A program made the position numbers and the translations under genes. DNA of 64,000 bases. It comes from Oikopleura dioica. Lineage: Eukaryota > Animalia > Chordata. This document shows, in pieces, positions 26,633-36,297 of this stretch (positions are counted from its first letter, which is position 1; every line of letters starts with the position of its first letter). The stretch spans positions 13,764,001 through 13,828,000 of the forward strand of contig OU015567.1 in assembly GCA_907165135.1 (NCBI GenBank). Direction: 5' to 3'. Below the pieces are notes generated by a model. It saw only the letters and a program-made list of their open reading frames with translations, had not been told where the DNA came from and searched no databases.

Positions 26633-28351
26633 CTAAATCTTTTTTTTAACAGTGAAAAAACTAGAAATCTTCGACTGCTTTTCTGGCCATTTTGAAGTCG
26701 ATGGCTTTGCAATGTCGGCTTCATCTGAAACTTGAACTTGAGGTCCTTCTTCAATCTCCATCGGGGTCGCACCATTGATTTTCACAAATCGTTCCAAATG
26801 CTCTTCTTCATCCTCTTTTTCTAAAATATCTGCAACGACGTCAACATCTTCATTGAAAACATCAACTTCATGCTCAGTGAATTCATCCTCCTTGACGAGA
26901 TTGGTGTTGATCCAGGCACGTTGAAAACAACCTTGAGGAAGTTTCATGAAGATTTCGATTCCTCTTTTGACAAAATTTTCTTCCTTCAATGATAAAGAAT
27001 CATATTTAACAATATGATCATCCAGAAATGCACGAACTCTTTTCTTGAATAAAGAAAAGATTACATTGTCTAGAGGTTGGTGCAACCAGGGTTCATTATT
27101 GTCTTAATAAAGGACTTAAGATATAAAATATTTTGGCGGGAATTTCAAAGTTATGCTATATTTCTGAAATTCACACTGTAGACTAAATTTGACCCGCTGA
27201 TTCCAAAAATACCAAAATCGGAAATCCACGATGACTTTACACTTAGCTCCCGTTTTTGACAATACTGAACCCTGGGTGCCAGCCGGTACAACCCGGCTGG
27301 AAATAGACGAATTCGAGGTTGTCCAGCATCGGAAGCTTCTTGTGCGAGCTTAAAATTATTTAATTCTTTGACTCGTGTAAATAAATTACCTGCAATTGTC
27401 CATCATGACAAGATATTTTTTTGATGGTGATTTCGACTTCAAATGAAGTGAAAGACGGTAAACTTCCGCGATCATGATCTGTCTTGTCATCCAAGCAGAT
27501 GGGTTCCAATAAAGAATGAAATTTTCGAAAGAGCGGTACTCAATTTCAAAGAACTCTTGGTTTTTTGATGAAGAAGGCTTAGTCGCATCAAAAGTCGGAT
27601 CTCGAAATTTTTTCTTGATTTTCTTTCCAGCTCCTTCCCACTTTGATCCTTGACATTTAGAAATAACAGCAGGTTTGAAGTCAACAACATGCCCAAAGGG
27701 AGTGCAATACGGAATGAGGGTGTATCTTTCTTTAGTCCCTTCCATTTTTGAAAAATCATCTCGATCCCCAAGAACAACAAGATTCTTCGTTTCGACAGTT
27801 TTTTGAACGCCAGTTTCGTCCAAATTTATGCATTGAAGTAATGGGTATTTTTTGATGAAGCCTCGCAAACGACCAATTTCAATTGCATTTTCTTCTTCCG
27901 TTAGAAATTTACGATCACTTTTTCTTGATGATTTTCTTCCAAGATCCCTTATAATTCTCAAAACAAAGCATGTTGAAATCTCCATATTCTTCAGCTCTTC
28001 GTTTTCAGAAAAAAATTCATCTCTCACATCTTTTACAAAAGCAGTGAATCCTCGAACCTTCATTTTCAACTGTCTCTTGTTGTAAACTTCTTTCACTTTC
28101 TTTTCAAACTCTTCCATGGCAGTGCTCTTCTTACGTCCAGTATGAAATGATGTTTTTGAGTCAGAAGAAAGAATCTTATCACAGTCTCGTCTCCAGTTCC
28201 GAAAAGTCTTGTCTGGTAGATCATAATTATGTTTCGCTTTGATGATTCTCGCTACTTCTTTGTATTTCGCTCCTCCTTTGATCAATTCGCAATATTTTTT
28301 TCTCTCTTTGAGTGGCAAGGTCAAATAACCACCGTATCTTTTTGTTGACAT
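26633..28351 (-). CDS. pogo-family transposase (CENP-B-like HTHs plus DDE_1, DD30D after reconstruction), interrupted by a MITE
   Basis: Catalytic motifs NLDETG, VMMDNC and HQPLD. A 41-nt GT-AG intron lies at 27349-27389. Removing it plus 27079-27274 gives an open 493-aa frame. Confidence 0.85.
27087..27274. mobile_element. 188-bp hAT-like MITE inserted in the transposase gene
   Basis: 17-bp TIR CAGGGTTCA(T/G)TATTGTC. Imperfect 8-bp TSD GGTGCAAC/GGTGCCAG (6/8). Removal restores G-W-H-Q-P-L-D. Confidence 0.72.
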
Positions 28352-28884
28352 ATTTTTTTATTTAATTGATTGGATATGATTTGAAATACCCGAATCAGCA
28401 TGATTCTCGAAAAGAAGAGCCGGTCAAAAAAGTCTAGAAAGAGAAAGACTTCCTGAATTTACGAAATTTTGCTTTTTTGAAAGGGAAACTTGGCGACCCG
28501 GCAAAAAACTCAAAATTTGGCCGCTTTTTTCGGGAATTTGGATCTAAAAACCGGCCAATTTTTGAGTTTTCACTGTATATCATTCGACTCGTCTCGACGA
28601 GCTCTTCAAAACTAGACAAGAAGTTTTTTGACGAGTTCCAAGCCCGCGAAATTTTTTTTGAAATCATCTAAATATTGGATATCAATTAAGTGCCAAAAAC
28701 CGCTACCTAAATGTATAAAAGCCGGCCTCGGTAAACTCAGCGGGGCCAATCAAGCGGGCTGGTCCTTGTGCCACAAATAGCCGATGTCTAATTCTCATGC
28801 CCCCTGGCTCGCCTCTTCCCTCTTTTTTCAAAATAATGACACGTTAGACTTCAAAATTATTAACGATGCGGATTCTAGCGGGAA

Positions 28885-30216
28885 ATGAGAGTCTGCGTGC
28901 GGATCCCTGGCAACTCCGCGGACTTTATTGTCGAAGATATTGGCGAAAATGAAACAGTAGAAATACTCAAAGAGAAAATTCATGCTGATCATCCGCGACA
29001 CCCAGGCAAATGTCCATTTCATGTAAAACAAAAACCTTTTTAAACCTCTTTTGGACCTTTGAAAATAGAAAAATCTCACCAAAAACTGATCGCTGGAGGA
29101 AAGCTTCTCCAAGACGAGCAAGTTGTTTCTTCTCTCGCTCTTGGGACTTCAAATATTATCCATCTCGTTATTTCTGAGCAAACGAAAGAGCCAAAAGAAG
29201 CTCCTCAGCCAGAGATAGTTCCGTCTGGCCCTTCTGTTTCTGTCCAAGAAGAAACCGAGCCAACCGAGGAAATCAACGAAGAGAACAGCGAAAATTCGGA
29301 GTCTCGAAATCTCGAAAATGCTCAGCTTGAAAATGAGCAGACAACAGTCAATACTAGTGGCGAAAATACGGCAGCCCAGACACAACAGTCGTCAACTGAA
29401 AGTACAAAGGAAGAGGAATCCTGGCTCACGCCGGAGTTGAAGCGATACTTTGATGTTTGGGATCTGAGCATTAGATGTTACGAAATCAATGGCAGCTACG
29501 ATCATCTGGTGCCGCAATTAAAGCTTTATCGAAGTACAAACCGAGGAAAATTTCAACAGCTGAACTTTTTTAGATCTCATTTTTGAGAAAGAAAAGGCCC
29601 AGGCAAAAGGACAAACATTGAAGTCTTTCACGGAAATAATCACGAGGCCAATTTTGGCAGAACAACCGCCACAAGAAGAATTGCCACGGCAGAACCCAGA
29701 GCGGGAAAATGCTGTTGTTGGTGCTCAAGGAGCTGGTAGAAATTTCTAAATTTAGGATTGGTTTTTCATGCTTGTTTTAGTGGAAGATGATGGGCCTCAA
29801 GATTGGTTAGACAGATTTTACTCTTTCTTCCGTGTTTGTCTCATGCTCTGTCTTGTTTACAGCTACTCCTCGACAGGTGAAATCTTTTCATACCGAGTCT
29901 CGAGATATAAGTTGCTTTAGAACGATTTGTCACCGTCCTTGTCATTTCTTTGAGCATCATTCTCTATCAAGCTGGCGTTTTCAACATAAGACGACGGTAA
30001 ATTTCAGTTTTTCGAAGGCAAAAATAACAATTCTTCTTCAGAGCCCGGCCAGCTCCAGCTCAAAATGACACTGATCAGAATGATCAGGAGCCAAGAGACG
30101 GAGCTCAAGCTCAAGAACCGCCACAACGAGGGATCTTTACGATGCTGTGGGTTTTCCTCTCCTCTTTTTTCACCTCTCTCATTCCACAGAATCCAGCTGT
30201 GGTTGACGCAAATTGA
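28885..30216 (+). CDS. HERPUD: HERPUD (Herp) ER-stress UBL membrane protein, multi-exon
   Basis: N-terminal UBL (LKEKIHADHPRHP-EKSHQKLIAGGKLLQD), QDWLD followed by TM segments, and C-terminal LWVFLSSFFTSLIPQNPAVVDAN* resembling the HERPUD1/2 end. Confidence 0.82.
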
Positions 30217-30393
30217 AAAAGTTCAAATTCTCAAATGTATAAAACGAAGAACCCTCTCTTTCATTCTGTTTTTGGGGACCGTCTTGTGCAAATGTCCATG
30301 TTCTGATGTATCACTTCAATATTGAAACGAATCATTCAAATCTTACCTAATTCCCCTGCTTTTTCAGACGTTCAAACTTCTCTTCCAGCCACC

Positions 30394-30926
30394 ATGGGTA
30401 TGCAAATGTTTGACGATATCATGAAGAACGTCCAGAAGGAACTTCAGGAACAAGTTCACAAGGGTAAGAACTCTCCACCTCCAACTTCGCTTCACAAAAA
30501 TATTCAGTCAAGGCCATCGATGCGGAGCGACAAGCCATGGGCCGTCGAATTGGACAGCTCGAGAGCCAAATCGCCGAGTGCAAAGTCGTGCTCATGGAAC
30601 TCAGTAAGCAATCCATCAATTCTTATCTTCTCATTCCATTCTTTTTACAGACAGCGCTCCAGAAGACGCCAAGTGCTACAAAATCCTCGGCCCAGTCCTT
30701 CTCGACCAGAGCCTCGCCCAGTCTAAGGAAAATATCGTCAAACGCGGCGATTTGCTCAACAGCGAGCTCAACAAGTAAGCAAATTCAATTTTAACAGTGA
30801 AAATAACGATTTAAAAGGATGAAGAAACTGATCGCCGACTGCATCGAAAAGTTTAAAAGCGAGAAGCAGGCGCTCGATGAGCTCAATGCAAAAGCGAAGC
30901 AAATCAAAGAAGCCCTCGAAAACTAA
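30394..30926 (+). CDS. PFDN6: Prefoldin beta-type subunit (PFDN6-like), 4 exons
   Basis: Spliced translation QLESQIAECKVVLMELNSAPEDAKCYKILGPVLLDQSLAQSKENIVKRGDLLNSELNK matches the PFDN6 pattern KLLGPVLV. Confidence 0.82.
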
Positions 30927-31542
30927 GTTTCAGTTTTCGGAAAAAGCGGTTAGACTGTTTCCCTCCTCGCTCCTCGACTTCCAACTTCCTAAGCCTGGCT
31001 AGTCTGGTCCAGACTGGCTCCGATCCTATCCGAGCTCGTCTGGACCAGGTAATCTCACATTTTCATTTCTAGCCTTTTCTGTGCTAATAACCAGCTCAAG
31101 AACTTCCGTACCCACTATTTAATTCGACTCTTATCAATTGCTCTTTCTGTATCTCCAGTTTCCAGTCCATAACGAAATTATCTCTTCTACTTTTGCGGAT
31201 CTTTCTGTTTACAGCGAATTTGCGCTTTCTTTCGACTCTCAAAGTAATATTTTTTTTGCCAAAAATGAAGAAAGCTTATAGCAAATTTTTCGCTACACAA
31301 TTACCGCACATTACTCTCTCGCTCAACGCCCTATTATATCGATAGGGTTCCTATCAATCCATTCTAATTCATGATTCCTTTTTTCTTTAATATATTTCTC
31401 AGAAATATGAATTATTTACTGTCAATCGATATTTAGCAAAATCGTGCCTTTCCGGTGATAGCCTGTTTTACTTTTTTGCAGAATACTTTTCAATCTTAGA
31501 ATAAACCTTTGAAAGCGCAAAATTTAAAGAGTTTGAATTGAA

Positions 31543-34187
31543 ATGAACGAGGGTTTTGATATTGATGATGTTTTGTCGTGCTATTCGGTGCCTCTTTTGC
31601 CAAGACGAAACCGTGATTCATGAACGTTGTTGAATTTGTTTTTTTTTCTAATTCTATCGAACCTTTTTTCAACTACAGCAAAAGCACAGGCTCTGAGACA
31701 GACGGCGAGAGAAACAGTAAATCTCAACGAAAAGGAAAATGAAGAGGCGGAAATGCGACGAGTAAATGCTCGAAAAGACTTTGCCCGTCAAGTTTCGAAT
31801 ACAAGCTCAAATTTTGTCGAAAGCATAGCTGATAGCGAGACATTCAATATGCCAAGGCCCGGAAGGAGAAATGGGAATACTCAATCAAGGCGCGAGGAAG
31901 TAAGCCAAATTGCTGAAACAGAATTTGACTCCTCTCCTCCAGCTAGGGGAATCAGAGCTGCGAGAAATGACGATAGCATAAGGTTTGACCAAATTCGCGT
32001 TTTGTTGGTAACTCTCTCGATCTAGTCAAATCGCTGAAACAGAGTTCGATGAGCCGACGAACCCACAGATAAACCGTTCAAAGAAAAGAGAGCGTTCCCC
32101 ATCCCCTGAAGAACCATATTCCTATGGAACGCTGAGTGTCACGCAATCTTCAAAGCACCAGAGTACGCAATCGTCTAAGAGAAAGTACAGTCAGCAAACG
32201 ACTCTTCAGGCACCTCAGACTTCTTCCTCTAACACTGCTAGAAATTCGAGGTTCTCAAGGCGAGTTGACAATGTCTGCGGATCGGTCAAGATCAATATTG
32301 CTTCCGGCTTTCATTGCGGCTACGAAGCTAATCCAGATGGGTACAAAATCTTCGACGAGTTTCTTGAGAAGTCGTCAAAAGGTCGTCAACGCGCAGATGT
32401 TGCTATTATTGCTGGCAATCTCTTCAACAACTCTCAGAATCACTTCTCTTCAATTCAGCGAATAACTAGATCTTTGAACAAAAATATCTACAGAAAGTCG
32501 CTAATAACAGATGTTGAGATAATCCAGACCCCAAAAACAGGCTGTCCAGATATTGTCCAATGTCCAAAAATGCCTGTATTGATGATAGGAGGACGATGCG
32601 ACCATACCATGCGAGAACGTCATGGAAACGCAGCCAGGCAGACGTATCAATCTCCTGTAGCGATTTTTGAAGCCTCGGGGATTGCTCAGTCACTGGATGA
32701 TACAAAACTGTGTCTCGAAGAAGAGTGGACTTATGCGCCGACAGTTGTGCATCAAGACGGCCTCTACGTGGCAATCTACGGCATTTCTTACGTCGCGAAA
32801 ACTTATTTGCAGCAACTGGGAAAGGCGAAGTTTGTCAAACCAGTGATTCCTGAAGGTGCAGTCTGCAAAACAATGCTTGTTCTTGCTAATTCGATGGAGA
32901 AGCCACCTGTAAAGCTTGCTGAGCTAGCCAGCGGCTTTGATGTTGTCGTCTGGGGTGGAGAAAATGGCCCGAGTAAGGTTCAGTCTCCGAATGGAAATTG
33001 GACGATATCTACTGGTGAAGCACTTCTGAGATATGTCCACGAGGCCAATCTTGATCACAAAGAGTTCCAGCAAATCACCTTTACGCCACATGATATAATC
33101 GTCGAATCTCACGAATTCACCCAAGCGCGCCATCTTTTACTCGGCGAAGTGGTTTTGAACGACTATATCGGAGTGTTCAATACTAAGGAAGAATACGAAG
33201 AGGAGTTTGACAAAGCGATCAGCGAGAACTCGGAGAACATATTGCGCGATTATCCGGCCGGAACATTTCCTCAGCCTGCGATGATATTGAAAGTGGACTT
33301 GAAACGACCTGGAGGCCAGGAGCCACTTGGAGCAATCAATTCAGTTTTCGCTGGGCAGCAGTTTTGTGATAGAGTGTGGAACTGGAAGAGCTGTATTAGA
33401 TATGTGAAAGACAAAAAGTAATTGTCCGAATTCTTCATCAGTCCCATTATCTTTTGTTTTTAGGACGAAAAAGGAAGAAGAGAAACATGGACTCATTACG
33501 GAACCACTGATGGGTGAGTTTTTCGGCCCATATACTCAAATATAATTGTCTTTTCAAGATTCAAACAGGCATATTATCTCGGAAGTCTTGGAAGAGAAAA
33601 TCAGCGAGCAAGGGATTGAGAATCTCACCGGCAAGATCGGGAAAGACATCGCCGATGCTTATGGCATCGGAGATACGCAATCAATTCTTGATGTTTGTGA
33701 ATGGGTAAGTGGAGTTTACATTCAATTGTATAAAATGCAAAAATGTAATTATGCAATGATTTTATTGCTAAATTAAGGTAGACTTTTATCAAAAAAACTT
33801 TCAGATGAAAGAAGCGATGATCGAAGAGTCGAAAAAAATCAAGGAGAAGCAGTCACGGCCGGTTGTTGATGAGGCTGTAAGAACTCTTGGGACTGTTCTC
33901 AAAGACAAACTCGAGAAAGACGGCTCTAACACCATTGTCTACGCAAGGCGAGAGCTCAATAAAGGTGCGCACAGCGCTAGTGTGATAGGAAATTAACGTC
34001 CTTAGGTACAAAATCAAAGAAGAAAACTACAACGACGAAGGGCAGGACAAAATCCTCAAAAAGCAAAACGGTCGTCATTTCCGACGACGAAGAAGATGAA
34101 GAAATTAGAAATCCTTTCTGCAGCTCATCGGAAGAGGATGAAGTGATCACACAGTCTACTTCTCGCTCAAAACGCTCACGGCGATAA
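31543..34187 (+). CDS. Divergent MRE11-like protein with substituted catalytic residues and an N-terminal low-complexity extension
   Basis: The frame is open from about 32026 to 33418. Collinear MRE11-like blocks: VKINIASGFHCGY, ADVAIIAGNLF, MPVLMIGGRCDH, YAPTVVHQDGLYVAIYGISYV, FDVVVWGGEN and PAMILKVD...GGQEP...AGQQFCDRV.N.K. Confidence 0.75.
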
Positions 34188-34310
34188 ATTCGATTGTTTA
34201 TCTTGAATTATTACTGCCTATTTTTTCATTCCTGACAAATTCAAAAACTCACTGACTCTTCACACTTATACACTCCATTCTGGCGCTTTGTAATCAATAG
34301 TTATTTAGAT

Positions 34311-35277
34311 ATGGATGAAACTATCAGAAAGTTCCTAATTGGGTATATGCAGAAAACTAATAGACCGAAGACTCTGGAAATTCTACAAAGAACTAGCGCT
34401 TGTAGTTCAAAAGAAGAAAATGATGAGGGCAAAAGGCCGATAAAATTGAGCTTTCAAATACAAAAGCCACCTGAAAGGAAGAAAATCCACATCGATTCTA
34501 AAAAATCAAAGAGGAAACCACGCAAAAAATCGACAAATAACGAAACACTCGAGGAATCCGAGAAGAAAGCAGGTAATGATTGTGTGTGAGAGAACGTTTC
34601 ACCGATGTTTACTAGAGATTCCAGCAGACTTCATCAAAATTGTGCGGAAATTCGGCTTGCCCAGCGAGCATATCGATTTTTTCTACGAGCACCGCGACAA
34701 ATTCGTATGGGAAATAAAAGAGAATAAAAAGATCTTCTGTACAGCGCAGGGATGCGATTTCTCCGCTCCTTCATTGCCCAACGCTTTGACCGAACACATG
34801 AAAGAGTGCCATGATTACGGCGAGTACCCTTGCGACGAGGCTGATTGCAAGTTCGTTGCTTACGCTCAAGTTTGCTTGAGGAAACACAAGACGCAATTCC
34901 ATGGAACCGGGAGACGAAGACGCCTTACCCACGAGGATTTTTCTTGTCAACTTTGCGGTTTCACCACCATCCGACGTTTACTCCTTGACATTCACATGCG
35001 AATACACGAAAATCGTCAAACCAAATGCGAATTCTGCAGCTACACAGCCGTCACCGTTAAGCAAATCCACGATCATATTCTCTATCATTTTCGTATTAAA
35101 AACTTTGCTTGTCATCTCTGTCCTGCTTCTTTTCATATAAATGGCATTCTTACGCAGCATTTGCGGATGCATACGAAAGATTACGCCTGTGTTCACTGTA
35201 TGGAAACCTTCGCAACAAAAAATCAGTTTGACAGACACGTCCGTGCTTGCGAGGTTCGCCTCAGTAGATTCCAGTGA
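34311..35277 (+). CDS. LisH-like motif plus six C2H2/C2HC zinc-finger protein (copy 1), 2 exons
   Basis: N-terminal IRKFLIGYMQKTNRPKTLEIL; six fingers in ORF 34576-35277. Confidence 0.8.
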
Positions 35278-35375
35278 TTATTAACTGCCTCCTAATGGTT
35301 ATCATTGATAACTTATCAAATATATTATCATCATTCATTTGTTTTGGATCATTTAAAATCTGCAACTCTTAAGAA

Positions 35376-36251
35376 ATGGTCGCTGAGCTTGAGTTTGTCC
35401 GTCGTTACCTGCAAAAGACCGGGCGCTTAGACACGCTCAAAGTTTTGAATGAAGGAAAAACGACCCTGAGTTTTCCAATTCAAAAACCGCCGAAGAGAAA
35501 AATAGTCAATGTTGATGACAGTAAACCAAAAAAGCAGAGTTTGAGCAGACAAAGCAAGATTTCGGAAAAGGAACTACCGAAAAAGGAAGAAGTGCCTAAA
35601 AAATTCAAGAAGATTGCAAAAAAGTTTGGACTGCCTGAAGAGCATCTTGATATTTTCTACGAATACCGTGAATGCTTCCACTGGGAAACGATTGGGGAGA
35701 AGAAAATCCATTGTACTGTTCGGGGATGCGATTTCAATGTCCCTGCCAAGAGAAAAGCTCTTGTCGATCATATGACGAATGAGCACGCTTATGGGAATTA
35801 TCCTTGCGACAAGCCATTCTGCCGATTCGTTGGCTACTCGACCGGTTGCATTCGTAAGCACGAGACAATGTTTCACGGAGAAGGCAGAAGAGTCCCGAGT
35901 CGAAAGTACAGTTTCCCCTGTAAATACTGCCCGTTTCATGGTAAAGACAATCACGTGCTGGAAAAGCATCTTCGAATCCATGAAAATCGACTGATAAAGT
36001 GCGAGTACTGCAATTACACATCTGCCAACGAGCAGCATACTCATGAACACATTCTCCACCACTTTCAAGTTCGTAATCATCATTGCAGTTTGTGTGAAAC
36101 ATCATTTATCACCAAAGCCGGGCTCAAGAACCACATCCGCATTCATTTGAAGGACTTTACTTGTATTTCATGCAGTGAGTCTTTTGAAACCAGAAAGAAT
36201 TACGACCATCATGTAAAAAGCTGCAAAGTTCGACTATCCAAATTTTGTTAA
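35376..36251 (+). CDS. LisH-like motif plus six zinc-finger protein (copy 2, intronless tandem paralogue)
   Basis: LEFVRRYLQKTGRLDTLKVL, then LSFPIQKPP and KKFGLPEEHLDIFYEYR blocks shared with copy 1; same six-finger layout. Confidence 0.85.
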   Translation: MVAELEFVRRYLQKTGRLDTLKVLNEGKTTLSFPIQKPPKRKIVNVDDSKPKKQSLSRQSKISEKELPKKEEVPKKFKKIAKKFGLPEEHLDIFYEYRECFHWETIGEKKIHCTVRGCDFNVPAKRKALVDHMTNEHAYGNYPCDKPFCRFVGYSTGCIRKHETMFHGEGRRVPSRKYSFPCKYCPFHGKDNHVLEKHLRIHENRLIKCEYCNYTSANEQHTHEHILHHFQVRNHHCSLCETSFITKAGLKNHIRIHLKDFTCISCSESFETRKNYDHHVKSCKVRLSKFC

Positions 36252-36297
36252 TTCAGTCGCTCACTTGGAAAAAATTGCTTCATAAGAATGTTTTAGA

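Larger units (their letters stand above)
26510..28575 (-). mobile_element. pogo/Tigger-like Tc1-mariner DNA transposon
   Basis: 20-bp TIR CAGTGAAAACTCAAAAATTG at both ends, TA TSD (26508-26509, 28576-28577) and subterminal ACTCAAAATTTGGCCG repeats. Encodes a transposase. Confidence 0.93.
25927..28668. mobile_element. Foldback MITE-like element (about 674 bp native, TAA TSD) with a pogo element inserted in its right arm
   Basis: Terminal GATGATTT...AAATCATC; TAA at 25924-25926 and 28669-28671. The arms are inverted copies of each other, and the right arm is restored by removing 26510-28577. Confidence 0.85.

Noticed and set aside
29533-29573. Possible GA donor in HERPUD (CGAG|GAAAAT)
   Set aside because: An upstream canonical GT donor in the same phase is available, so the junction is ambiguous.
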